A stretch of 63,629 nucleotides of DNA, filler included, from Reclinomonas americana ATCC 50394 (taxonomy: Eukaryota), in assembly GCA_048213135.1 (NCBI GenBank). It is 6 parts of 2 records of this genome, joined end to end, with 100 filler letters (N's around TTAATTAATTAA, not from the genome) between each part and the next. Parts side by side here need not be neighbours in the genome. Positions count along the whole stretch, not along the records: positions 18,220 to 37,377 come from PS015020.1; 5 more parts are not named here. One strand, written 5' to 3'. Positions 24,857 through 37,477 of this stretch are shown here, one piece after another. Below the pieces are notes generated by a model. The model saw only the letters and a program-made list of their open reading frames with translations. It had not been told where the DNA came from and did not search any database. Positions within the stretch are counted from its first letter, which is position 1. The number at the start of each line of letters is the position of its first letter. The translations under genes were made by a program, and so were the position numbers.

Positions 24857-27800
24857 TCAGACGCGAGGCTTGGTAAACGTAAACAGAGGGACGATGACGT
24901 CGGGGCCGTAGTAATCGAGCTGGAACATGGTCTTGCGCACGGTTACAAGGACAAAGCCCGCCGATGCTTGCTTCCACTGCGCAAAAGGGATGAGCGAAAA
25001 AGGGGATAACTCATACTAGCGGCGAGAAAAGCGAACCAGGTCGTTGGGAGAGCCTGAGCCCAGGTCGGTTGGGTCGTCTTGGAAACCACCACCGCTGTTC
25101 GGAGACCGGTGAGCACACGGGACACAGGCGAAACGAAAAGGAAGTCTGCGTACCTGATAATGTGCGGCGTTCCATTGGTCAAGTCCTCTGTGAAGCCGAC
25201 TCGCTTGTGTGAGCCACTGAGGAAACAAAGAGAGGCTGCTCGAGCACACACGCAACGCTGCAATTCGAGATTGTGATTGTGTCCGGCAAAGACAACATCC
25301 ACCGAGTAGGCGCGGGCAATCGGCAAAACTTTCTGCTCGCATTCCAGCCTGTTACACACATGCATGGCGAACCACGGCAGGCATGTTTCACACGCACGCA
25401 CCTGCTGCATTTCTGCCAACCCTTCCATATTGGGATCACCGGCAAAGCAAGGGTGGTGGCTGAACAGAATGTTGAAGTCGCCACGGAGGGTAGCATCGGA
25501 GGCCGACTGCGCGACAAAGCTGAGCATGGCTGGGTTGTTGACCTCGCGAAGGGCCGTCTGGTTCATGAATGTCTTGGTGAAGTACGAGTCGACTGTGCGG
25601 GACAAGGAGAAGAGGGAGGGTGAGGGAGGATGGTGGAGAGGGAGAAGAAAGGGAGGGGGTGGGAGGGTGAGGGAGGAGGACGGAGTGGGAGGGAAGAGAA
25701 GGGAGAGGGAGGATGGAGGGGGAGGGAGGGAGGAGGAGAGGGAGAGGGGGGAAAAACAGATAACATCCAGAAGACGATCGAGGACTGGATTATGTAGCAA
25801 GGAAACGGGAAGAGAGAGAAACGGGTGGGAAGGGAAAGTGGGATAAAGGGAGGGGGTGGGAGAGAGAAAACGAGAGGAAGAGATACGGAGAGCATGTACA
25901 GCAGCATAGACGATCACGGACTGCATAATGAAAATGCTGTTCCACTGAGACCACGGGGTCCACGATCAAGGACGGCATGGCGAGAGACGACAGATACAAA
26001 GAGGGTGGGAGAGTGAGAGGGAGGGAGAAAGTGAGGGAGAGGGAGAGAAACAGAGCAAGTCGAGTACTGATGATCACGGAGTGGATTACGATCGCGAAGA
26101 CGCTATTCGACTGAGAAGGTGGAAATGAGAGCAAGGACGACATGGAGTGGAGAGTGCGGACGAGAGACAAAGAGAGTCCCGCACATTACCGAGGATCTGA
26201 TATGCAGGCGCCCTTCGACTGAAATTATCGACTCCACAAGGAATAGAAGACACAGAGGAGAGAGGAGGAGCGGAGATGCAAGGACTGATGTGAACAACGC
26301 ATGGGAGAATGTGCACACACACACTGCTGCATACAGAGAGAGACAGAGAGTGACTGACGAGGTGAAACGAAACTCAAGTTCGTGGACGAGAAGCCGGTGA
26401 ACGTGATGTTGAAGCCTGTGCCGTCATGACAAACGACATCAGCTCATTATCAGCTCAACTCAAGCTGAAGCAACTCACCATCGTTGGCTCCCGGGGTAGT
26501 GTCAGCGATTGTTTCCCGGAAGTTATACCTGTGCGGCGCCAAGGTGAACAAGACGAATGCAGACCAGCAGAATCGAATGACGCGCACCAGTAGTACGGCA
26601 TGTGCCACCGACCAGTGGGACTTTGGTAATTGAACTGGCCCCACGGGTTTCCTGTGAAGCATCGCCGACCAATGAGTCCACAGCACATAAAGGGGCTACA
26701 CTCTGCCACATTACGGACCAAAATCGTGATTGCCGAGCACAGCGTTCCACGGAATGTTGGTGAGCGAACTCGCGGTGTAAATCTGCAGATGGCGAGGGTG
26801 AGTTGAGGGAGGCACAATTGTGAGCGGCAGTTGAACGCACGTCTTCAAAGGAAGTCTGGAACTGAGGGTCGGTGGCGCTGAGCACACCAGCGTTATCTGC
26901 GTCACGAAGAGAGCGTGTGTGTTAAGTAGGGATGTGAGTCTTGTCATGCACGCGCGGAGACATGCGCACAAAAATTATCTCCGACGGTCAGCACCTGTAC
27001 AGACGGACGGTAAATGAGCGCGCGGGCGGGCCAGAAATGGAGGGCGGCCGCAGACGCAACTCGCTGGCAATTGTACTTGTAGCACACTTGGCCGAGAATG
27101 TTGGCCACATTCTTTTGCAAATACTGCACGGCAAATGAAAAAAATCGTGAGCAAACAGAAGCGAAGACCACGAGAGAAGACCTGCGCACCATTCCCTGCA
27201 CGCCCCAGTCACCGATGACCGCAAAACGGTAGGAGGGAGCTGCGAGGGAGGGAAGAATGAGGGAAGAGACAAAGGGATGGTCAAGCATGGAGACGCAACA
27301 GAGATCGGCGGGCGGATCAGTGTGACGAGTGAGGACCAGAACCAGCACGAGGAGCGCGCCGAGGGCCAACACCGATATCACCGTGATGATCATGCACAGT
27401 CGCCACTTGCGCCTGTGGAGAGCGGAGGAGAGAAGGGAGGGAAAGGGAGAGAGAGGAGAAGATGAAGGAGAAAGAGAGTGAGAGGGTGAAGGAGACGTGA
27501 GCATGAAGGGGAGTGAGAGGATGAAGACGAAGGAGAACACGAAGGAGTAGAACATGAAGAAGTGGGTGAAGGCGAAGCAGAAGGATGAGCAGAACAACAA
27601 AGACAGCGAGGAAGAGAAGAAGCGCGAGGACGAAGAGGAGGAGGAGAACATGAGGAGGAGAAAAGGAGAGTGAGAAGACGAGGCGGGAGCAGTGGAACAT
27701 GAAGGAGGAGAACATGATGGAGAGGACACGATGAAGACGAAGGAGAACGATGAGGAGAAGAAGAACAAAGACGACGAGGCGGGGAACATGAAGGAGAAGG

Positions 27801-27876
27801 AGGAGTGGAGAGACCATGAATGAGAGCGAGGTGTAGCACGATGGTGGGGACAGTGAAGCAGGAGGAGAAACAGAAG

Positions 27877-27922
<46 letters not shown>

Positions 27923-28203
27923 AGAAGAGACGTACGACGTACGTACCGACCGTACCGTCCGGTACGGTACGTACGTAGTACGTTCGTTCGCGTCGTACGT
28001 ACGTACGGTACCGGGTACCCGGGTACCCGGTACCCGTACCGTACCGTACTACGTACGTACCGTACCGTACTACGTACGNNNNNNNNNNNNNNNNNNNNCG
28101 TACCTCCGGTTCGTCGTTAACGTTCGTAACCGTTCGTTACCGTACCGTACGTACCGTACGTACCGTACGTAACCGTACGTCCGACGTAACCGTCGAACGA
28201 GAG

Positions 28204-28235
<32 letters not shown>

Positions 28236-28550
28236 TGCACAATTGTTAGACTCGCATGCATGCAGTCAGGGAAAAATTTCTCGCACATCACGATGCATTC
28301 TCTCAGTCTCTCTCATCTCACTCACTCACCCACTCGCGATTGAAATGTTTGTTCTCGCAGCAGCGGGCGCCGAGTTGTACAAGACACCACTGCCATCGTT
28401 GACTGAGGGAAGTGAGCGCAAACTGCCTGTGCGCAGAGGATGAGGCCCACTGCTGCTTCCTCCTCCTCCTCCGCTTCCGCCTCGGCCGAGGCCACCAGGA
28501 GGCCCGCTCTCTTCGTCGCGCAGGCGGGTGTGGAAGTTGTAGCCGCTCAT
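24857..28550 (-). CDS. Tartrate-resistant/purple acid phosphatase-like metallophosphoesterase, type II membrane protein
   Basis: Motifs GDWG, VLTVGDNFY, VLGNHDF, RWHMPYYW, FSHHP, FAGHNHNL, IISGGG. A TM helix (CMIITVISVLALGALLVLVLVL) follows RRKWR. The probable first exon 28550-~28333 lies across a 20-N gap. Exon path in 25600-26400 is uncertain. Confidence 0.88.
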
Positions 28551-28659
28551 CGACGAGGGAACGAGGAGAGAACACGAATGTGCAGGACATCATGATGTCG
28601 GTTTTCATGAGTGTGTGCATGCTTAATGATGTGTGGTGGTGGGGGAGGAGGAGAGGGTG

Positions 28660-29460
28660 TGCTCCCACAGTGCACGTGTTGGCATCGTCGTTGTCGGTGA
28701 GTGGCGAACGATGAAGTATTGGGTGCACCATACCGATCGCGATCGACGTTCGCGCTATTCGGCTCCACGCTGCGCTGTGGTATATGCATGTGGAGAAGTG
28801 CTACGTGGAGGAGTTGTCTTCGTCGTTGGTGTCGTCGTTGGCAAGTGGCGAACGATGAATTCGAAGTATTGACGTCGACGCGCGCACCATACCGATCGAC
28901 GTTCGCCCTTCGACTCCGCGGGTGTGTGCAGAAGTGTGGTAGGGGTACGCTGCATGTTGCAGTTGCCGGTGTTGCCATCGGCGAGTGGCGATAGAGTACT
29001 TGGTGCATGTACCATCGAAAGAACGAGCAAAATCGATGCGATCGCGAATTCGAATTCGAAGTTCAAGGCTTGCTCGATACCTGGCTCTCCGTGGAGTGTG
29101 CAGGAGGGTGGCGAAGGTGCAGCAGGTGCTGTCTTTGTTGTCGATATTGCATGTGTTGTCGGCGAGTGGTGAATGACGGCGCCGGCTGCATGCGCAGAAC
29201 GGAAATCGATCCGGATACGTACGTCGGTATCGCAGTTGACGGCTTCCACGCTACTTTTCGGCTCCGCAGGTGCGAGTAGAAGTGTGGTAGGGTACGCTGC
29301 ATGTTGCAGTTGCTGGAGTTGCCATCGGCGAGTGGTGGCGAACGATGGAGTACTTGGTGCAGGTTGCCATTGCAATTGTGGACGGCAAGTTCAAACGAAT
29401 TCGAATTCGATGCGCAAGGAGATCGCTGCGACGCGAACTGAACTGAGATGGCCATAGAAC
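28660..29460. repeat. Degenerate ~140-180-bp tandem repeat in a divergent intergenic region
   Basis: Recurring gtcggcgagtggcgaacgatg..gtacttggtgca and agaagtgtggtagggtacgctgcatgttgcagttgc blocks, about 5 copies. Confidence 0.7.
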
Positions 29461-29775
29461 AGCGGCAGGCTTGTGATGTATCTGCTCGTCGCCTCCATAG
29501 CTTTCTTTCTGCCTCCCTGTTTGGAGTTTGGCTCGACTGCAAAACGAGTCGACGTCGTGCACATGCATGCCATAATTTAGATTGATCGTTCGTCCGTCTT
29601 CTTTTCTCGTAAGTCTCCGCTTAGGATGCACGCAGCTGCATTGCTTCGTATATAGATCAAGTTGCTGTTGCCGAGGAAGGCGCCGGAAGATTGCACCAAC
29701 CGATATCCGAACACACATCCGTTGAAGTTTTAAATTTTTCTGTTTTCATCGAGTGAGGAGAGAGAGAGAGAGAAA

Positions 29776-31113
29776 ATGGACTGTGCAATCGGCATCGACC
29801 TCGGCACCACCTCCTGCTGTGTCGGCGTGTGGGTGCGTGACACACACGCACGCACACTCCACGCAGCGACAACTCTCCTCACACCACCACGCACAGGAAA
29901 ATGACGCAGTGACGATCATTTCCGATGAAAAAGGCAACCGCCAGACCGCAGCCTACGTCTCCTTCACCGACGCGGAGCGCCTGGTTGGCGACGCCGCAAA
30001 GAGCGCAGCGGCCATGAACCAGCGCAACACAGGTGTGTGCGTGCATACGCACAGTCAGAGAGAGAGAGAGAGCCACACACACACACGACTCACACACATC
30101 GATGGTGCCCAGTTTTCGACGTGAGGCGCCTGATTGGTCGCAAATATGCGTCGCTGTCACCGGAAGAGCGGGCTCTGTGGCCGTTTGCTGTGGTGCAAGG
30201 TGGCGACGACCGCCCATTGATTGAGGTCACGGAAAAGGAGGAGAGCAAGCGCTTCTCGCCCGAAGACATCGCCGCCATGCTGCTGGCCAAGGCAAAGGAG
30301 ACGGCCGAGTCGCGCCTCGCCAAGCCGGTCTCCAAGGCAGTCATCGCAGTGCCGGTGTACTTTAACGAGGCGCAGCGTGCAGCCACGAGGGAAGCCGGTC
30401 GGATGGCTGGCCTCGACGTTGTGCAGCTGCTGCATGAGCCCGTGGCGGCGGCCATGGCGCACGGACTGCACAAGTTGCAGGAGGCCGCTCGCACGGTGCT
30501 GGTGTTTGATTTGGGTGGTGCCACTCTCGACGTGTCCCTGCTGATAGCGACGGATGGTGCGTTCGAGGTCAAGGCCGTAGCGGGCGACACGAACTTGGGC
30601 GGCCACGACTTTGACACTCGCCTGCTGAACTTTTTCGCGGACGAGTTCCAGCGCAAGTTCAGGCAGGACATGCGCACCAAGCCACGTGCTGCGAGCCGTC
30701 TGCGCGCCGCCTGTGAGCGTGCCAAGCGAGACCTGTCGTCGCAGATACGGGCGGAGGTCAATATTCAGTCGCTGCACGACGGCTTCGACTTTTACTCGGC
30801 CATCACCCGTGCGCGCTTCGAGGAGATCGCCGCCGACCTCTTCCAGCGATGTATCGAGGCAGTGGAGACTGTGCTCCGCGACGCCAACCTCACCAAGGAC
30901 CAGGTTCACGATGTGGTGCTGGTTGGCGGTGCGACCCGCATGCCCAAGGTGCACGAGCTGCTTTGTGCGTTCTTTGACGGCAAGGAGCTGCACGCCAGCA
31001 GCAGCAGCCCCGACGAGTCCATTGCCTACGGGGCCGCCCTGTACGCGGCCACATGCGCCGACCCGGACGCAGTCGACGCCGAAGTGGAGGCCGTGCAAGC
31101 GGATCGGCAGTGA
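29776..31113 (+). CDS. Atypical Hsp70-family protein consisting of the nucleotide-binding domain only
   Basis: [87 protein letters not shown], then a stop about 24 aa later. Two GT-AG introns. Confidence 0.92.
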
Positions 31114-31422
31114 TTCGAAGAAAAATAAACAAGGAATAGAGGTGTGTATGGCCTTCCGAAGAGGCGATGGTCAAAGTGATCAACCAGCGGCTGTGTTACA
31201 CTACCGAAGGAATTGAGTCGGTACCGGTGTACACGCCGTATCTGCAACAACACCAACATATTCATTCACCAACAAACAAGCAACAGCTGCCTTGATGACC
31301 AAGTTCAACCCTATCCAAAACATCAACACAAACACCAGTCTCGATGCGGCAGCAGGTTTCTTTTGTGTGTCTGTGTGTAGACGCTGCGATGCCAGACGGA
31401 GAGCGCAACGATGAGTTGCCGG

Positions 31423-32788
31423 CTAATCTTGCCGATCGCGAAGCCGATGGCGGCACCGGAAAATGAGCAGAGCAGAACACGGAACCACCAGGGCTGTCAG
31501 AATGATGCCAATGGTGTGCGGCCAAGACAATATTTGTTGGTCGCGCACCACACCATGATTGTCGGCACGGTCGCTCTCTCGACCTCCAACCGATGGCACG
31601 AAATCCAGAGGCCACATACACACTATGTTGACATCACTGCAACTCACAACGTGCTGTCCGTCTGGAGTGACGGCGACAGACCGCACCCGCGAAGTGTGTC
31701 CCTCCAACCGCCGCACTTCCTCGCCACTCTCCAGTGACCACACGCGCAGTGTCCTGTCCCAACTCCCACTCACCACGTGCTCACCATCGGGAGTGATAGC
31801 GACAGTAGGCACCGCATCAGTGTGTCCCTCCAGTCGTCGCACTTGCTGTCCACTCGACAGTGACCACACGCGCACCGTCTTGTCAATGCCACTACTCACT
31901 ACATGCTCGCCATCGGGAGTGACGGCGACTGACCACACCACGCCAGCGTGCCCTTCCAGGCGGCGCACTTCTTCGCCACTCGCGAGGGACCATACTCGCA
32001 CCGTCCCATCGCCGCCCCCACTCACGACATGCTCGCCATCGGGAGTGACGGCGAGAGACGCCACCCACGCTGTGTGTCCCTCCAAGCGTCGCACTTGCCT
32101 GCCACTCGCCAGCGACCACACTCGCACTGTCCTGTCTTTGCTCCCACTCACCACATGTTCACCATCGGGAGTGACAGCGACAGACGTCACCCGCATCGCA
32201 TGTCCTTGCAACCGATACACTTCCTCGCCACTCGCCAGTGACCACACTCGCACTGTCTTATCGATATCCCCGCCGCCGCTCACGACGAACTGACCATCGG
32301 GAGTGACGGCGACACACATCACCCAGTCAGTGTGTCCCTCCAGTCGTCGCACCTCCTTGCCACTCACCAGCGACCACACTCGCGCAGTCATCTGCATGTC
32401 ACCACTCCCCAGTACAATGTGCTCCCCGTCGGAAGTGACGGCGACAGACGATGCCACGAGCGGGAAGAAGCGTCGTCTGACGGAGAAAGAGATTACACGT
32501 GTCAATCAATGCATGCACAGATCCACAATGTATCATTGTAACACACACACAACAGAGAGAGAAGAGCAGACGAGAGGAGGAGAACGGAAGCAAGCAGAAA
32601 GAGGAAGTCGGTGTGCATGCAACAGACAACACACACAATCACAAGCTGTCTCTCTCTCTCTCTCTCACACATACGCTCTCTCGCTCACACACTCACCCGC
32701 TGCTGTCTGTCTCTCCCTTCACAGACTGCATCACTGCCAGTGCACCAATGGCAACAATGAGAAGCCAACACCTGCTGTTGCGGAACAT
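31423..32788 (-). CDS. Predicted type I membrane protein: signal peptide, 7 highly similar WD40 repeats, TM helix, short basic tail
   Basis: Exon 1 (32788-32697) MFRNSRCWLLIVAIGALAVMQSVKGETDSSG joins in phase 2 to exon 2 (32476-31423). 42-aa repeats GHxxxVxSVAVTPDGEHVVSGxxDxTVRVWSLASGEEVRRLE; C-terminal TIGIILTALVVPCSALLIF-RCRHRLR. Confidence 0.8.
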
Positions 32789-32831
32789 TGAAAAGAGGTC
32801 CTGTTGTTGTCCTCTTCTCCTCCTTGTTTTC

Positions 32832-35780
32832 ATGGTGGAGCCTCGACTTCTCCGCTGGTCCGACGTTCTGCAAAGCCTCGATGCAGACAAAGGCGATGAC
32901 GGAGAAGAACAAGGGGAGAAGATGATGACGCGAGAGGAGGTAGTGACTGCATTGGAGACGCAATGTGGAGTGCGAGTGTTGCGCGCGACACATGTGGCCA
33001 ACTTGTGCAAGTTGCATGAGTGAATGAGTGTGAGAGAGAGAGGGAAGGGGAAGGGGAGAGTGTGCATGTGTGTGTGAGTGTGAGTGTGAGAGTGTGAGTG
33101 AGAAAGAGAGAGAGAGAGAGTGAGCGAGCGAGCGAGTGAGCGAGCGAGTGAGTGAGTGAGTGAGTGTGTGTGTGTGTGTGTTTGTGAGGACGATGTGTTG
33201 ATTGATGGGGAATGCAGGTATGTGAAGGCGTGTGATGTGACGCGGAGGAGATTGAGTGGTGAGGGAGAGGGGATTGTGGTGCTGGGAGTGGAAGGCGATG
33301 AAGCGGATCAGCGGCTGCGACAGGCGTTGTGGAGGGAGCGATTGGTGAGCTGGTTATTGTCTTCTCCCCTTCTTTGTCTCCGTTTTCGGCATCTTCTTCT
33401 CCAGTGCCCTTCTCTTTGGTCTTCTTCTTGTTTTCTACTCCCTCCTGTCATCTCTTCTCGTCTCCTTGTCCTCCTCATCCTCTTCTTCGCCTTCATTCTT
33501 TCTCTTCTCTGTGTCCGTCTCCTTCATCTTCTTCTGCTCTTGTGTCATTCTCTTTATTCTTCTTGTTTTCTACCCAGTGTCGTCTCTTCGTCTCTTCCTC
33601 CTCGTCATCCTCTTTCTTTGCATTCTCGTTCTGTCTCCTCATCATCATCCACTTCGTCGTCTTGTTTGTCTTCCTCTTCTCTTCATCTTCTACTTCTTCT
33701 CTTGTTTCATTCTTTGTTCTTCTTGCTTCTACCCAGTGTCGTCTCTTCGTCTCTTCCTCCTCGTCGTCCTCGCTGTTCTTCTTCCCCTTCTCTGTCTTCG
33801 TTTCTTCTCCCTCCTCTTCCCTCTTCCTTCCACCTTCTCTGTTCACTCGTCATTCTCTTTGTCGTCTTCGTTCTTCTTCCGTCACGTCTTTTCCTCTTCT
33901 TCCCCTTCTTCTTCTTCCCCCCCTCTTTCCCATTTTCTCCATCTCACACCCACCGCCCCACCCAGGACTCTCTGCTTCGAATTCAGGAGTTTGAGCGCAC
34001 CGACAGCACATTTTGTCGCCAGGTACCACCGCCAGGGAGTGCGAACGCGATTCGTGCCGGCCTCCCACTCACTCGTCCCTCGCTCTGCAGTGCCCCTTCT
34101 GCAGCAAGATCTTTGCAGGGAATCGGTAAGCTCGTGCTCGACTTTCGCCCTTGCCCCCCATCAGCGCACTGACGTCTCCTGTGTTCCAGAGGCGTCTTGT
34201 TCGACCACATGTTTCGTGAGCACTCGTTTTCGTGTGGTCGGCGCGACAACATGTTGCGTCTCCCTTGCGCTCTCGCCAAGCAACACTCAGTACAACTGAT
34301 GGTTATCTGTGCATGCAGGGTTCTGGTTGACGAGTTTCTGTTGCGTGCCCACATTCACATCTTACAAGTCTCCCCACGCTGCCGCTGACGTTATTTTTGC
34401 GTCCTAGCGACATGATCTCCGACATGGTCGGCTCTCACATCATGTGCTTGTACTGCGAGAAAGTGTTCCCCGATCACGCCACGCTCAAGCGACACATGGT
34501 TTGCTTGCACAGACTGCCATCACAAGAGTGCACTCTTGTGTGCTCACATCTGCTTAATGCTTTATTGCAGCGCAAGAAGAAGCACTTTCGACTGTCGTCC
34601 TCACACACCTGGGATCGCTACTACCTCATCAACTATCTGGTCTGTTGGCTGCCCCATCCGCTCGCGCACTCCACTCGTCTTGCTGATCTTCCTCTTTGTG
34701 ATGCAGGAAATGGGCCTCACGTATGTGGAGCAGGAGCGAGAGCCGGACGAGGTGGACGGGTCGCAGTCGACAGCCACGGCCACTGGTTCACAGATGTTGC
34801 GCGCTTGACCGTCTGTCTCGATTTCCTTGTTGCCAACCAACCACCTCTGCAGCGACGACGACGACGACGGAAACGAAGATGAGGAGGAGGATGAGGGGGG
34901 CGGCGGCGGAGGCGGTGATGATGCACGTGAGTGGGAGGAGTGGGACGACGAGACCGACGAATCGCTTCTCCCAACTGTGTCACCGTGCCTGTTGTGTGGA
35001 GTGGCGTTCCAGTCGCGTGCCGCCGCCGATCTCTTGCGGCACATGATCGACGTGCATCACTTCTCGCTGACCGACCTGTGGCACTCGTTGGGCACGTCGT
35101 TTTACGACCGAATCAAGGTCAGTGTGGTTTGAGGAGATGGGCGCTTTGCGCGCAGCCTTGTTGACTTGTGCGCGCGTGCGTGCTGGCAGGTCGTCAACTA
35201 CATTCGCAAGCAAGTCTCCACGGGTGTGTGCCCGCGCTGTGGGGGGCGTGCGGGTGACGGCGGGTTGCAGCAGCACTTTGCCGAGAGTGAGGTGCGGTGT
35301 GCACACCTTTTTCTCCGATTCATTCTCACTCACTGTCTCTCATTCTTGAAGTGCGTGTCCATGTTGGCCCACGTGCTCTGCCACGAGAGGCATCGCTATG
35401 AGGACGCGGTGTACCTGTTTCCGGTGCTCGACGGCGATGTACTGCTGCAAGCCGTCGATGGCGACGATGATGACGACGATGACGACGGTGGTGACGGCGG
35501 TGAAGGCGTGGAAGAAGAGGATGACGACGCGTTTGCAAGTGGAAGTGGTGTGGCATCGTCGTCTGTCACACGAGTCGACACGGTGCGAATCATTGCGGAG
35601 GAGCTACCGCGTGCTCCATCGCCCGAGCGCATGGAGAGAATACGACGCGTGAGTGCACCATCGTCGTCGTCAGCAACAACAACAACGGCGGTGACAGCGA
35701 CGCCCACGGCAGCGGCCGATGCAAGTGGCTGGCGACCAGCGCCGTCACATAGAGGTGGAGGGAGAGCGTGGGGAAAGTGA
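32832..35780 (+). CDS. ZNF277: C2H2 zinc-finger protein of the ZNF277 family, 12 exons
   Basis: QEFERTDSTFCRQCPFCSKIFAGNR..LFDHMFREHSFSCGRRDN, CLYCEKVFPDHATLKRHMRKKKH, WDRYYLINYLEMG, CLLC..LLRHMIDVHHF, FYDRIKVVNYIRKQ, YLFPVLDGDVLL. Confidence 0.9.
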
Positions 35781-36047
35781 CCATGAAAGAGGCACCAGCA
35801 CTTGCAGTTGGCGACATCGCACTTGAGTTCACGCTGCTCTGTCCAAGATATCGAACTGTCTTCGATTTTCTTGCAGTAATGCCAATTCGAGTTTTCTCTC
35901 TTTTATTGCTTCTGGATGTCTTAGTTCTTCTGCTCCTCACTAGGAGATGCGGACTACCATGCAGCTGTGGCTGGTTTTGTTTGCAATCCGGACAAATCGC
36001 GATGACTCATCACGCAGACTGTCGTTGTGTGTTGTGATCATAGCCGA

Positions 36048-37130
36048 ATGGCGGCCGAGGTCGATGACAAGGCCCGCGAGTAGTTCCGTGACTCTCCAGC
36101 CTCCCTCTTACACACTCTAACACACACACACACACACTCACTCTCTCTTTCCCTCAGTCTCAACGCCGGTGCCACGTTGTTACGCACCACTGGCAACACA
36201 CTGCGCGGTGCCTCACAAGCCCTGCGCCTGTTCAACAAGGCGCTCTTCCTCAGACCCGATGGTGACGCACACACACACATGCTCTCCCTCTCTCTCTCTC
36301 CCTCACTCAACTCTCTCTCACAGACGCCTCTCTGTACCTCGGTCGCGGCGAGTGCTACGTCCGTCTGTGCGACCTCTCCTCGTCCATTGCCAACTACCAC
36401 CGCGGACTGCAACTCATTGCCGACCTCACTGCCATGATGGAAGAAGAAGAACAGGAGGAGGGGAGAGGAGGAGAACAGCAGCAGCTTCCTCCACCTCTTC
36501 CTCCTGTCGAGCAATCAGCAGGTCGACCTGTGGTGCCTCCTCACGGGGACTCAGCACGCGACTATGATGAAGTCGATGGGACTGTGATTGGCAGTGAGCA
36601 GCAGCCACCGACGCTGTTTGTGGGAGAGAGTGTTGGTGATGCGACGGCGACGGTGGTGGTGGTGCCGTCTGGCAAGGGTGCGCGGCATGCGGCTGTGAGC
36701 AGTGGATTGTCGTCGAGACAGAGTGAGCGCACGACGCAGCAGTTGACACCGTCGCCGGAGATGGTGTTGGATGCACCCGTGCGTGCGCCAGTGGCGAAGA
36801 AGAAGGAGTCGGTGATGGTTCGTGAATCGCATCATCAGCAGCAGCAACAGCAGCAGCAGCACCATGAGCAGCTGGAGTCGCAGCAAGCGATGCGACCGTG
36901 GTCGGCGGTGGATTCGGAGCCACCGGCGAGTATGGGCGGGGCAATGTCGGGGCGAGAGAGCGGTCGCAGTTCGGTGGCCAGTGGTGGTCTGCCCACGTCG
37001 CAGCCGTCGTCGCGACAGCCATCGCCATCGCCATCGCCATCGCCGTCTCCTGCTGCGTCCATCTCGCCGCCTGTGGTGCCCAGTGCCAGGGACACAGCTC
37101 GACCGTCGACCATGTCGGTGGAGAATGTTG
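36048..37130 (+). CDS. TPR protein resembling the TTC16 N-terminus (3'-partial), followed by a low-complexity insert
   Basis: ALRLFNKALFLRPD|DASLYLGRGECYVRLCDLSSSIANYHRGLQL is a TPR pair resembling TTC16 as I recall it. The gene runs to the scaffold end. Confidence 0.65.
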
Positions 37131-37477
37131 GTCTTGGTGCGTGGTGTGGGTGAAGGAGGAGTCTCCTCTCAACTACTAGCGTCTCCATTTGTGTTTCCCC
37201 TTCTCTGTCCTCTTCACTGCTTCTTGTCTTCCACTCTCTATCACACAATCACACTCTGCCTCTCTTCCTCTCACTCTTGTGTGGCCATCACTTGCCCTAT
37301 CTCTTTTCCAGCACGTTCCGTGATTCAACATGTTCATCCTCCTCACTGGTTCTTGTCTCTCTCTCTCTCTCTCTCTCNNNNNNNNNNNNNNNNNNNNNNN
37401 NNNNNNNNNNNNNNNNNNNNNTTAATTAATTAANNNNNNNNNNNNNNNNNNNNNNNNNNNNNNNNNNNNNNNNNNNN

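Noticed and set aside
33156-34299. Long Leu/Ser/Phe- or Glu/Arg-rich ORFs in the ORF track (also 27317-27839, 45139-45755, 56744-57737, 60216-61162, 62355-63556)
   Set aside because: They are translations of stop-poor CT/GA intronic tracts, not proteins.
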